Shown one piece after another: positions 38,688 through 53,600 of a stretch of DNA of 64,000 bases. Both the position numbers and the translations under genes were made by a program. Every line of letters starts with the position of its first letter. The first letter of the stretch is position 1. Below the pieces are notes generated by a model. It was not told the origin of the DNA. It saw nothing but the letters and a program-made list of their open reading frames with translations, and did not search any database. The DNA comes from Paragordius varius (taxonomy: Eukaryota > Animalia > Nematomorpha): positions 8,556,001 through 8,620,000 of the forward strand of contig OZ176052.1 of NCBI GenBank assembly GCA_964247055.1, in the 5' to 3' direction.

Positions 38688-41600
38688 TTAGAAATGGTTG
38701 GTTGTCCTATCTATTTCCATGAAATCGTCAATAATTTGATCTAGGGAAACACCAATTTGTTTAGCCATTAATTCTTGGTGTAAAACATTATGTTGTAGGA
38801 AATGAACTAAGAAATTGCCGTCCAACATATTCCTTGCTGGATTTATTAGTTCCATTCGTGTCATTTTGTACGTTCTGTTACGTATATTGAACATGTATAT
38901 AGTAAAAAGCCATTATATTAATTCAAAAAAATTTTTAATCGGCACATAAAAATACAAATATGTTTGTATATAAGCAAGTATGAATTCGTTCGTTTTTTTC
39001 ATGCTTAAATTGGCGAAAAATACTTATTACATGCCCTTTCGTATCGTCTTGGTGTAATGGCTAGCCATTGTATCTGTATAGAAGCTGTCTGTAATATTTG
39101 CGATCCTGCCAGGCGTTATCATCATATACGGTTTAATTAATGCGATTGTTTTACAATTTGCATGCTTTTGCAAATCAAGAGACTATTTCGGTGTCCCTGA
39201 CCTATGGAATCGCCTTTCTGGGCTTACGGAATTACATCTCCGCTTACATATATTACAAATTGGTTGTTTTTAACAACTGGTTATAGCGCCAGATAAACCC
39301 GCTTTATCATCTGTGTGAATGCAGGTATTGTGGTATTTTATAGGAAAAAAATGGTAGTTATCTTTTTCCACCACACCCCACACAGATAATTAAAAATTTT
39401 GACCCAATAATATGGCTCTTTTACGATAAATCAAATACCTCCAATTTAAAAGCTTTTTTAAAAAAATATTTAATATGTCAAATTAATTTTTTTACCTGGA
39501 AGATTTTGCATTTAATCCCCCCAAATGCAGAATACTGTTATCCATAACAGATTGTAACATTGAGAGTCTACGGAATATTTTCTCATTAATGGGTAATACA
39601 AACCCGATTCTACCATCAACACCAACTGTAAAATATATAATATAAAATAGTTTCGCCTAAATTATAAAAATGTTTTTACGCATTTTTATTGATTTTTTTT
39701 AAATTTAATAATTGATATTTACCATAGTAAGTGGCTTGACGGCGTTCCAAAGCAAGACTTGGCTTTTTGTCTGAAGTTGAATCTTTTCTGCGACAAAATA
39801 TCCTGAAAAATGTTGCTAGAACGTGGGTGCCAATATTTATGTCACCTGGAATCATAATAAAATGTACCAATTACACAGTGTATTAGAAATTGTTTGGTGT
39901 ATTTTAATAAATAATTGGATGAATTTTCGATTAATAAACATTTGGTATGTTACATATACCTTACTCTAAATTTTTATAAAAATATATAATAAAATTATTT
40001 GCTCCATCATTATAAGAATCTATAGAGAAATATCCATATATTATTGAAAATATAGTATACCTTTACGAACAAGTCTTTGACCACCATAACTTTCACGTAG
40101 GGATGGATTGTAAGTAAAAACAGTAAAATTAGATTCTCTATCGGATGCTAAAAAAATAAAATATCGTAAAAGTTTTATTAAAATTACACATTTATATAAA
40201 AAAGGAAAATTATACCTAAAAATGCTAGTTTTTCGTTATCAACTATAAATTGGATCCCATATACGGACATGTGAGAAAAATCCTATTTATAAAAAATATC
40301 ATATATAACCAACTGAATTCGGTGGGCTAATAGTATTGTGCACAGGAAATTTTTAACATAAAGTATGATTATTTTTGGAGAATAATATAATGTATATAAA
40401 ATTGGAAATGATTTAATTTTATTATTCACAAGATATTTTTATTAAAATATATAATATAGTTAATGTTTGTCCTGTAGATAATATGTTTTTAAATGTGTTC
40501 TAGTGTTGAATTAGAGCATAAATATTTTTGCTATGTAGAACATTTTCCCCAAAACATAAAATAATTTTATAACTTTTGATGCGACTGAAATAGTTTTTGT
40601 CGAAGGGTCATAACGAAGTAAAGCAACACTTTTGTGTAAATCACCGACTAAGATAAGATTTTTGACGATTGCAAGCGAATGTACGCAAAAGGATGTATCG
40701 ATAAACGCTAATCCGGTCAATTCATTGTTAGTGGTCAGTGTCCAAATATAAATCTAAAGTAGAAGTAAATTAAATATGATAAATATTTTACACATTAATT
40801 ATCTATCTATATAATATTGTATTATAACATCCATTCATATGAATATGTATTTTTGTTATAAATATATTGTGCCTATTTTTGACCATAAAAAATCGACAAA
40901 TAAAATAACATATAAGTGAGTGGTACTCAAAATGCGGCCCTAAAAGTTCTGTTTATAACCCTGAATTATTTATTAAATTTTCGATGCACTTGTTTTGAGA
41001 TGCCATGAAATTCTTATCGGTATTATATGGTGCACAGCCTTTGTGATAAGATCATTATTTTTTGGGGTCTTTAAATTTTTACGATTTTTTTATTTTTTTG
41101 GGTAAGTACCACTGATTTAAGTAAAAGACAATAATTTACCTTTTGAAAAGTTATCATGTCCAAATGAAAGTTGTTGCATTTTTGTAAGTTATCATTTAAA
41201 CTCTTTCATATATATAACATTTAAGAAATAATATTTTCGAGTAAAATTGTTAACTCTTTATCATAGAATAAAATGAGTTATAACTGTATTAGGTTTATGC
41301 ATTAAAAAATTAAAAATTTAATTATGTTTTACGAGAATTTTACATAAAAATATAGAATTTCTAACTTTTTGTCCAATGACAGTAACCAAATTTCCCGAAA
41401 CACAAGATATTGCAAAAATGGGTCCTTTATGTTCACTTCCGCATAAAACTTTTATTTTATAACGTGTCATTGGTTGGCCAGGCAAAGGTACGACTTCAAT
41501 TATATCCATTATGTACAACTAATATTAGTTTATTATGTAATATAATATATTTGTTTTATTAACTTAAAGGAAATATTAAAAAAAATAGTTAAAATTTAGC

Positions 41601-44600
41601 CATCAAATTATATAGAGAACATATCGACCCTCCCAGTTTCCAAACCGAAAAACATATATTATATATATATAAATATATATATATATTTATATTTATCAAA
41701 TAGCTATTGGGATATGCCAAAAGTAAGATATCTTAACGCACAATGAATTATTGATAAATTTAAATTATATTGTACAATTTAAGAAATATATGTCTCATAT
41801 AATATAATTAATAATTTTAATTTTTAAAAATTATTTCATTGAATAATCCATTTTTATGATAAAAAATTATTACCCGCCCTCGACAACTAACGTCCTCTCC
41901 GTAAACCGATGCAGTACCCATCGCTAAATAATCTTTAAAACCTGAATGTGTGCCAAGACTGGTTAGGGAAACTTGTTTAAAAGCACTTACCCGTTCCCAT
42001 TCAATTGTCAAAGCTAATCTAAATTAAATTGGAATAAAATTTTTATTTTTGGTAAAATTTAGTAGTAAATCAAGCCCAAATTAAATAAAAGATTCTTGTG
42101 TAAAACATTTTCAAATTCAAAATTGTTCCGAAAAGGATGGGCTTAAAATAACACTGTGCAACACGATTTTTAGACCAGAGGGAAAATTACGATATCTAGA
42201 GAATTTTTTTCTGAAAATAATGATATATTTAATATTTTCCTAGCTCTTTTTCACGAGCCGCTAAAAGGTTTAAAAATCCAAAAACCATCAAAAATACCTG
42301 TTTTTGTAACCCTATAACTTTTTGAATTATATAGCTTATTATATTTTTTTGGGGGGATATTACAAATTATATTTTAAAATTCATGTAACATTTTGAAATT
42401 TTAAAAGTCTCTACTACTTTTTGATTTATTTGGAAAAAACGAAACTTAGCTCCAAAAAATAGCGTTTCAAAACAATGAAAAATTAAGAGACATACTGGCA
42501 TCATTTGATTGACAGCTTTTCATTATACATTACTAAAATAATAAAATTTAATTGCTTTTTTATAAATATGAAAAATAGTATATATATTTAATGTTATAAT
42601 AATAAATTTAATATTAAAATGGTAATATTTTAAATTTATTAATGTGGATAATAAACTCTGTGTTTAAATTAATATTATATGTTTTTAGTAATATTTCAAT
42701 TATGTTATAATATATTTTTGTTATTAATTTTAAAGTAAATTTATTTATTCTAAACTACTAAGGTTTTAAAAATTTAATACAGAAATGATTTCAAAATTAT
42801 AAATATTTATTAAAATATTTTTAAATAAGACACAATATACGAATATATTTATTATGAAAATTGATACTTGTTACATATTAATTGCATATATCAAATTTAT
42901 ATTGTGTTAACCATATTAAATGCATAAAAATATTTATTATGAAAATTGATAAATGTTACATATTAATTGCATCAATATATCATATTTTATTACATGTTAA
43001 ATAAAATAAATGCATTAATTTATAAATTTATATCAGATATTATATCATTATATATTATACAAATATGAAAATTATTTTAAAAAGAAACATTTTTTGTAAT
43101 TTTTTAGTTTATGATCTATATCAGGAACGCGATAAAGTGTCCAAATATAATCTGCCAACATCGCCGTATCACATTTCCCGTGATATCTATCTTCCATAGC
43201 TAAAATATCCTGATGGAAGCGCTCCCCCTGTTCATCACTAAATGCCCCTAAGTTATCTGGAAAATACTCCAGATGAGCATGAAGGAAGTGAATTTTAAGA
43301 GACATGCGCAATCCAAACTCCTGAAAACATTTCATCATTTCGGCCACACCATCCTTGTAACACGGGGATTTGACATTTCCTTAAAAAGTGATGTTCAATA
43401 TATTATTATTTTTTTTAATGAATTAGATATAACAAAAATTACCTAAGGAATTTCGGCAAACCCATATTACAGATTTCCAAGTTCTCAATTCTATATCACC
43501 CAAAATGACATAAACTTATCATCATTAAATATTTTCCTTATCTGAGGGCCGACAAAAATACCCTCTTTAATCTTAGAGTCCGATATCTTGGGAAATATCT
43601 GACTAAGATATTGAAATCCGCGAGTGTCTAACTTCGCCATTGCTTTGACCAGATTTTTTTACTAATCCAAGCTTTATATGTAACGACGGAAGTAATATAT
43701 TTTTTGTATTTAACAGAGGAATTCGGCCTATGCTAATATTACCTGGAGCATAATCATTACGCATAGGAAAGATTTTTTGGTATAGGGTCCTTCAAACATT
43801 TGCGCCGCTAAAAATAAATGCATATAATAACTTCACCTGTAACAACGCGACAGAACGCTTTTTTACACATCAAAAAATCAAAATAAGCGTACTTTAAACG
43901 TCTTATTTACTGTTTCTAGTATTTTATATTTAAAGGTTCTCGACTTGCGGAATATGATGCATTGGATTTTGGTGTGCGCACAACCTATAGAGGGCGAAGT
44001 GACCATCTTATGAAATATTTTTATGAAGAAGATGGTATGACTTTTTGTCAGGACATTGAGGGAATGTTCAATTTCCTGCAATATCCAATGGAACCCAAAG
44101 ATTAGCGTTTGTTTTTGGATTCATTTAAAACAAGTTTTAAAGCCGTCCTTTTGGATAATAACAACAGCTTACCGAGTATCCCTGTTGCATATGCTCGTTG
44201 CAAAAAGGAAACCTACGAAAATTTATCGAAATTTTTGACGTTGTTACAATATCCGAAGTTTCAGTGGCAAATTTGTGCGGATTTAAAAGTAACCGCAATT
44301 CTAACAGGTCTTAATTTTGGTTTTGTTAAATTTTGTTGTTTTCTCTGTTGCTGGGATAGCAGGGATACAACAAATCATTATCAAAAAAATCTTTCCTATG
44401 CGTAATGATTATGCTCCAGGTAATTTTAGCATAGGCCGAATTCCTCTGTTAGATACAAAAAATATATTACTTCCGTCGTTACATATAAAGCTTGGATTAG
44501 TAAAAAAATCTGGTCAAAGCAATGGCGAAGTTAGACACTCGCGGATTTCAATATCTTAGTCAGATATTTCCCAAGATATCGGACTCTAAGATTAAAGAGG

Positions 44601-47600
44601 GTATTTTTGTCGGCCCTCAGATAAGGAAAATATTTAATGATGATAAGTTTATGTCATTTTGGGTGATATAGAATTGAGAACTTGGAAATCTGTAATATGG
44701 GTTTGCCGAAATTCCTTAGGTAATTTTTGTTATATCTAATTCATTAAAAAAAATAATAATATATTGAACATCACTTTTTAAGGAAATGTCAAATCCCCGT
44801 GTTACAAGGATGGTGTGGCCGAAATGATGAAATGTTTTCAGGAGTTTGGATTGCGCATGTCTCTTAAAATTCACTTCCTTCATGCTCATCTGGAGTATTT
44901 TCCAGATAACTTAGGGGCATTTAGTGATGAACAGGGGGAGCGCTTCCATCAGGATATTTTAGCTATGGAAGATAGATATCACGGGAAATGTGATACGGCG
45001 ATGTTGGCAGATTATATTTGGACACTTTATCGCGTTCCTGATATAGATCATAAACTAAAAAATTACAAAAAATGTTTCTTTTTAAAATAATTTTCATATT
45101 TGTATAATATATAATGATATAATATCTGATATAAATTTATAAATTAATGCATTTATTTTATTTAACATGTAATAAAATATGATATATTGATGCAATTAAT
45201 ATGTAACATTTATCAATTTTCATAATAAATATTTTTATGCATTTAATATGGTTAAACACAATTTAAATTTGATATATGCAATTAATTTGTAAACAAGTAT
45301 CAATTTTCATAATAAATATATTCGTATATTGTGTTTATTTAAAAATATTTTAATATTTATAATTTTGAAATCATTTCTGTATTAAATTTTTTAAAACCTT
45401 AGTAGTTTAGAATAAATAAATTTACTTTAAAATTAATAACAAAAATATATAACATAATTAAAATATAACTAAAAATCATATAATATTAATTCAAACACAG
45501 AGTTTATTATCTATTAACATTAATAAATTCAAAAATATTACCATTTTAATATTAAATTAATTATTATAACATTAAATATATATACTATTTTTCATATTTA
45601 TAAAAAAGCAATTAAATTTTATTATTTTAGTAATGTATAATGAAAAGCTGTCAATCAAATGATGCAATATGTCTCTTAATTTTTCATTGTTTTGAAACGC
45701 TATTTTTTTGGAGCTAAGTTTCGTTTTTTCCAAATAAATCAAAAAGTAGTAGAGACTTTTAAAATTTCAAAATGTTACATGAATTTTAAAATATAATTTG
45801 TAATATCCCCCCAAAAAAATATAATAAGCTATATAATTCAAAAAGTTATAGGGTTACAAAAACAGGTATTTTTGATGGTTTTTGGATTTTTAAACCTTTT
45901 AGCGGCTCGTGAAAAAGAGCTAGGAAAATATTAAATATATCATTATTTTCAGAAAAAGATTCTCTATAAGATGTCGTAATTTTCACTCTAGTCTAAAAGA
46001 AAAGGATAAAATTTGTTGCACACTCTAATTACTTCCAAACTTTTTGGTTAGCTTCTTTATTAAAACATGCGATAAAATTAATTTAAATTTCAGATTGGTG
46101 GGCATAAAAATTTAAAACAAAAATTGAGTGAAAATATCCGAAAACCTAGCTATTTTAATTGTAAAAAACGCGTTTATTATAATTTTAATTTTTTTCGCTT
46201 TATTTTTCGAGGGAATACAAATATACTTTCCTAAAATATTTTTAAGCTTTAGATAGTGTAAGTGGTGAAAACAAATTTTTATTATATATTCTCACAATCA
46301 ATTTGGGCAGTAAAATTTTTCCGAATCGTTTTTTAAATGGCTACATTTCATCCGAAAAAAAAACAATCAGTTTTATGTATCGTAATAAAATAGTACCGTT
46401 CAAAAAAGTCAAAGGCTCATCTCGCAAAAAGGAGGTAAAGAATTTACTTAAAAAACCCGCACAAGAGTATATATATATATATATATATACTTGGCTGAAG
46501 GGATAACTTCCCAGGTAACAGGACTCAAAAGATCTATAGCGAATTCATGTTGAATGGGTGGAGGGTATTTTGGGTCACTTTCTACATCCTCCATTTCTTT
46601 TTCGTCAAACAGTTCCTCATCCTCATCAGTTTGATTGGTTGTTAACCTGCAATCAAATAGAAAAAACGTAAAGTTTGAAAATTATCCCTTTGTGTTTAAA
46701 ACAAACAAAATAAAAAATATCGATTACAAAAAAAGCATATCGGCTATTAGCAAATTTAAATTAGGCGACTTTTTCACCTCAATAACCAGCTATAAATAAA
46801 TCATCGCGTAAAAATTCTACAGCAATTTTGTTTGCAAAATATCAGCATGTATATTCACGAAAATTGCTATGCTAAAAAATGTGTTTTTACGGTGTCATGA
46901 CGCTACTTTATTTACTCAAATGCTATGTAACTTATAAAAGAACTCTATGAAAATACAGTAAGAAAAAAATGATTATAAATAATTATTTTAATAAAAAAAC
47001 CCTTGATTAATTGCAGTTGTACTTGGCGTACTAGTTTCAACTCCATTTTCTGACGTAATCATGGTTGAGTTTTTCTCTTCTTTCCGATTGTTTAAATCGG
47101 AAACATTTTCAAGTCCCATTTCATTTGGCTTCAACGCCGTACCTTATTTATTTAAAGTCGGTAAATGTTCCATACAAATATATATATATATATATATATA
47201 TATCATTTACAATTCAAATTCACCCTTGAACAATTCATCACCCTCGAACAATTCAAAATCACCTTAAAATAAATTATGTGTTTTTTAACATTAAAAATTA
47301 CCTATTTTTTTTTATATTTTAAAAAATAAAATATTCTTTAATATTAATATAATATTGAACCTATAAAGTATGCCATAAAGATAAATTACATATAAATGAT
47401 GAGTTATATTAGCCCGAAAACACCTTAAATTATTTTTGGGGTGAATTTGAACTGTTCAAGGGTGAATTTAAATTGTTCGATGGTAAATTTGAATTTTAAA
47501 TTGTATATAATTAACTCGATACTCATTTAAATTACAATAATACATAATATAGTTTTGTTTAAAATATTTTCTCTCAGTATAAATATTTAAAAGTTATATA

Positions 47601-50600
47601 ATAAATTCTTAGTATAATGAATTAAAATTACCAAAGAACCTAAACTAAAAAAAATCATTAAATGGTAGGTACCAGTAATTAAGGCTCCAAATGCCGTTGT
47701 TGGGTTCAAAGAATTGATACCTTTTACCACACGTTGGGCTCGAAAAGAACGACTTGACACCAAGACATATAACTAATGATTAAAATTATCAATAAAATGT
47801 ATTATAATGAAAATTATCTAAAGCGTAAATATGCATAATATTTATTACAATGTTCACTGTTTAATTGATAGAAAAAAACAAAATTATCTATGAAAAAACT
47901 TATGCAAAAATTGTAACTTAAAAAATGTACCAATGATTAGAACAGGTAGCCCTGTATAAACCCTTAAAAGTAATAGGAAAACTAGTTATAAACTGCTAAA
48001 CTGGTTTTGAAAATAATAAATAATTATATCAAATTTTACCGTCTAAATTGACCTTTAGAGAAACTATAGTTTTAAATTTGTGAGATAATATTAAAATATA
48101 GATTGATAAAATTTACGATTTAAGTCCCTGAGGTATCAAACAATTATGTAACAAATCGCTAAAGTATTTATTAATCAATAAAAATAAACCTTTAATTTGA
48201 CATTGTATTCGATAAAATGGACGCGGACACCCAAGTTAATTTTGCGATGCAGCCATTCACTATCATATTTCACATGTGTTGGAAAAGCGCACACCCTTAA
48301 TTCATCCTAATAAAAATATATCAAATTATAAAATTAACTGCCAAATTATATGTAAAAAAAATTAAAATGTGTTTGCGATTAATCTCTGAAAATTAATAAA
48401 ATTACACACATGTTTTTTAGTTTCATATCTCATCAAATATTTATACTTTATACTTTAATTTTTAGTTTATATTTTATGTTATATTTTACATTTGACAAAA
48501 ATTACTAGTAGTAATCGAAAATTCACCCAATAAATTTTAATTTTAGCTTAATTATAATTGCAATAATGGTATTCAAATATTTTTTAGAAAAAAAACCATT
48601 AAAATTTTTGTGTCATAAAGTTGTAATTAAAAGTTTTACCTTCCAATTAAAATAAATGAATCCGCGTGGACAATTGATATTGTGGAAAGGGGTAAATGCA
48701 TACAATGGACCATCTAAAGTATATGGGTGGGCCTTTAGTTCGCCATCTTTTCCTGGCATTATAAAGTAAGGAGATAATCCTTGTATCATTGCCTAATATG
48801 CAAAAAATATATAAATATGTAAAAAAAACTATATAAATTTAAATAAAAAATTGCATTTTTTTGTAAAATTTTACCCCTCCGGAATTGTTTATATTGTAAT
48901 AAGGCCTAAACATAGGAGTAGTGCGTATAACATTCAACAATCGATAAAATGTTTCTTTTTTGGGAAGGGTTTTAGCCGCTTTTCGTTCACCCATTAGGAG
49001 ATTGAGATCAATCTAATGCATTGAAAAAAATTTTTGATAAAAATATAAATTGATACTATTAATATTAATTGATTAATTGAATATTAAAGCGCTTATTTGC
49101 AAGATAAAACAAAAACACTAGATTAAAAATACTATATTAGAAAGGGTTTAACTTTCAAAACTTTCATATGCATGTTCTTTTTATATAATGGTATTTAAAC
49201 GCATCTTTAAATAGGACTAATCCACATTACTTTATTAAATGAACTCTGTTTGCAAAACGTAAACCTCCAATTATCACACAAATTCTGCAAAATTTTGTCA
49301 CATAATAATATTTGACACTAATTAATTTAATTAACCTTTTCTTTTTCTTTTTTAAAATAAATAAAAGAAACTTTTCTGAATTTAACGTTCAGTCGACCGT
49401 GCGCTTGTGGATGCGTTATTGGCGCATCTTTGTTCAAATTTTCGACTTGATAAATTTGACTTTGTTCGGATGTATTTAAGTTTGTGCTATATAAATCATC
49501 ATCATTTGGTATTGTAGAAAATAAAAATCTATTATCTTCATCGTGAACTGCTTTCTTTTTTTCGATATGACCATCGTTATTAGGAGTAATATTTTCGCTT
49601 GAAATGGTATGATGTTGGTAATTGTGTGAATTGTTTGGGTTAGGACAGGCATATGCTTCGTATACAATAACACTTTCATTGATGAGTGCTAACAAATATG
49701 TTTTAGTCAGGACAAGAGGATCGGAATCACTAATAGCGAGAAAATATATTGATAAAGAATACTTTTATCAAAACTAAACGGGTATTTTAATATAAAGATA
49801 ATTAATTTTTAAGACTAGAGTAATTTTTATATATTTATTATAAAAACTATCAAATTACATTCAATATGGATATAAAACTTAATTTTACCAATTAAAACTG
49901 AGAGATTCTAAGAATTGATTAAACTTTCATTAAATAATATTAATAACAGTAATAAATTTGATTTATTAATTTTTTCCTGTTTTATTTGCACTTTAGCACC
50001 TGTGGTATTAATTGATTAAGACTGTTCCAAAAATTAGGGAATCAAACCGAGTATTTTACGAAAAAATCATAAAACTAAATTTTGTCGAAAGGAAATAATG
50101 CATTTCAGTTTTCCCAAACAAAAAATGTTGTTGAATATTAAATAATCTATACCATGATTGTGTTTTAATGCCTTCATCATCTCCATGATTCGGAAATTTT
50201 TCATTGCCATTATTTTCAACCTTTATTATTTCAGTGGAAAAAAGAAAATCATCCGTAATATTATTGATACTATCTTGGGTTCCTCCATTAATTATAGTAT
50301 CGTTTATTTCGTCAGTTTGGTTATGATTAAACTCTTTATTCGTTTTATCATTTTTTTGACGATTCAAATCGCTAGGTTTGGAGGAATGTTGATTGGTATC
50401 ATCTACGCGAGAATTATTAGTATAGGAAACAGTCCAGAGACATAAATCTCTAATGTGATACGTATCTTGCAGCGTTTGCCGTAAATCATCATCCATATCT
50501 AATGTGTTGTGTTGTTGCAAAGATGTTGTATTATGAAAAATGGGATGCTTTGAAAGTTCTCCTGCTTTTTTCCGTTTTTTTCTGCCAGCAATGTCTGTGT

Positions 50601-53600
50601 AATGAGCTGTGTTGGATTGTGATTCCGATTGGGTATGATCATTATTATGCATGTGATGCTTATCTTGAAAAATATTTTATATATATATATACCGAAACGC
50701 TTAATTTTTTCATTAAATCAGTTTCTACCCTAAATGAAGTATCGCTATCAAATAATAAGTGTTAAAAAACCATATTTTACTCTTATTTCACTTAATTAGA
50801 AATAAAAATATTTTGCTTTACCATTTGTGTCAGAGAGGACCTCCAGTTTAAGATTAAAATATGGCACTGTGAAGACTTGAGTGAATTTGGGTAAGCTGTA
50901 TATCTATAAACATTATAATCCAAAGATAGTAAAAATAAAGAGAATAAAATTAAATATGCCAAAGGTCTACCTCTAGAGAACCGTTAACACGGGTTATAAA
51001 GGCCCAATAAGTTTGTTGTCCGATAGTTTTTGACGTTTTTGACAAGGAAATGCAAAAATCTTTGTCAAATTCGCTAGATTGTCAATGTTTATAATAAAAA
51101 GGTTTTTTGAAATAAGGCAATAATATGATTATTTTAAAAGGTATACATGGTTAGATATCAAAAAATATATAGTTTATTTATCATTGTTTGTATAAAATTA
51201 AACAAAGAGTTCATTGATAATGGTTTAATCGCCAATACATTTGATTATTATTTATTTTATACACTTTTTTTTAACAATAATGCATTAGTTTAAAATTGTT
51301 TTTTTACCTATCATCTATTTTGGTAGATTCTGGTGGTGGTTTTGTCTCTGTTTCATCCATTTTATCAGGTGTTAATAGCGGAAAACCTAAAATGTCACTT
51401 TTCAAATCATCCATAAGTTGTTTAGTTGAATCGCCATCTGCGTTAAATGGTGTTGGTGCTGTTTGTTTATTCATGAGCGGGTCCGGTAATGATTCCAATT
51501 TAGTTCCATATAATAATTCATCTTCATCCATTTCTTCAACGGGTAATGTGGTGGTCATTTCAAATTTTTCCACACCAGTATTTGTTGGTTTTCTATATAT
51601 ATATATATATATATATATAGATATCCAAATTACTGAAAACAATATTATTCGCACACAATCCATCTAAATTCGATTATACCGAATCCATACACCCGTGCCA
51701 TATACTCAATCTCAACCCCATCAACAACGTCATCAGGAATGTTCGGTTACAATGGGCTGGTCATGTTGAAAGACGGCATAATCACATTCTTAAAAGTATG
51801 AAAAATTACTCGGTTGAACTACCATCAAAATCTGGCCGACCCTATACCACATGGCTCAACACAATTACAAAAGACCTCAAATCGCTCAATTTAAAACTAG
51901 AATTAGCCAGATCAAGAAAAGATGGAAAAAACGGGAGTACCGTCATTTAATGGCGAATCCCCATACAAATGAATGATGATATATATGTAAAGTGGTTATA
52001 ATATATAAAGTATATTCAAAATTCTATAATCGGTTTTTTTACGAATTATCATGGTGGTAATTATTAGGAAAAAACTTAAAAATTTAAACTTTTCTAAAAG
52101 CGGGTTAACCAAATTTGCCCATGTTATGCAGGGATCCAAAATTGTTTTAATCAACATATATAAATAAAATTGTAATATCATCGACAAAATACTATACTCA
52201 ACATACTTTCTCTAATGCGTCATACTAATCAAATATGTTAAATAAAGATGCCAAAAAACACCTTAATATGGATGTGGAAATTCAATTCAATTTTGCAATT
52301 TAATTTACGTTTTAACTTTATCCTACACTGTTGCGGTGAACATTGCTGTAATATAAGATTCATGTATTAACGTCGTGTGAATAATGTAAGAAAATAAAAA
52401 TAAATTTATTATAGACTCAAATTTTCGCCCAATGGCATCATCAGGAGTTGTTAAAAGAAAAAACTTAAAATAAAGTATAACCAAGAAAAAAATATAAAAT
52501 TAAATGTGAGACAAATCAATGCTTATAAATTGATATAATAGACAAAGGAAAGTAACATAAAAGAAAACCGTTACAATCTTAAGGGCATGTTTTAAGAACA
52601 TAAATATATCTACATTACTAGACAAAACAAAAAGAAATTATAAAAAAATAAAAAATTTAAGTAATATCAATGCTGTATAAAGTTTTTGGAATAAAAATAT
52701 TATGGTTTTTTATGAAAATTTTGGTTTGTGGGTGAATTTCTCTTTTCTCTTCTCGCCTAAAGAGAAGTCATGTTCTGAGCTCTGTATGTATAAGGCTTCC
52801 TTTGTCAGTCTAGACTTTAGTTTCTTCTCGATGCCCAAGATATCTATTGTTGTAGAACAACGGTGATCATTGTCAAAGCAATGTAAGAACATTGCTGAAT
52901 TCTTGCATCTTAGGTGTTCTCTGTACCTCAATTTTATGTCACGTTTTGACTGGCCTAATTTGGCAGGACAGTCACTACAGTTCAATCTGTATATTGTGTT
53001 TTCCAGCTCGACATCGCGAGTTCTCAACATAGTGAGAACGTTCGCAGTAGGTTTGTAGTAAACCTTTAAATTATTTTTCCTTTTTAAAATTTTGCCTATG
53101 CTGGCAGAAAATCCGCTGTATGGAAGGCAAACATTGCGAACAATTGGGATACTGGTAGATGATTGCGATTCATTTGTATGACAAGTGATCGGTGTTGCAG
53201 TATGCTCTGTGTTATTAGGATTGTTCGATGCTGATGTATTTTTGTTTTTTAAATTTATTTTTATTTTCTTACATTATTCACACGATGTTAACATACGAAT
53301 CTTATTTAACAACACTTCGTCGTCACCCACTCAAAATTGCTGTAATATAATCTTTTATATTCATCAACATGAAAAAATTTTTAGAATCAAATTGCGAAAA
53401 AAAAATTTGAAACAAATATGGCATCGGTAAAGACGTATTTAAATATGCAATTTTCAAGCATTTTAAATTATTTTCAGATTGTTTGATACATTTTAATGCA
53501 TTAAAAAGTGCCTTAATCCTCAATCTAAACTGTTTAATCAAGCATTTTTGAGAATGCATTTACATTATTATTAGTTATAATTTAGGTCGCATTTAATGTT

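Larger units (their letters stand above)
42152..46025. mobile_element. Fold-back derivative of a Chapaev3-type (CMC) DNA transposon in a CPSF1 intron
   Basis: TAA|CACTGTGCAACAC terminus at 42152; TGTTGCACACTC|TAA at 46025. Arms ~42152-43784 and ~44378-46025 are reverse complements. Transposase motifs: RLFLDS..S.KAVLL.N, WQICADLKV, CCFLCCWDSR, LHIKLGL, MSLKIHFLHAHL..FPDNLGAFSDEQGERFHQDI. The family assignment is from remembered motifs, the CAC terminus and the TWA target. Confidence 0.8.

Noticed and set aside
50664-50692. Candidate 29-nt intron and micro-exon in CPSF1
   Set aside because: Phase mismatch; a direct splice from ~50822 to 50663 keeps the frame.
11640-51667. Antisense ORFs 11640-11858, 12352-12642, 21239-21535, 35571-35804, 37045-37245, 50158-50445, 50502-50765 and 51296-51667
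   Set aside because: They are shadows of real exons on the opposite strand.
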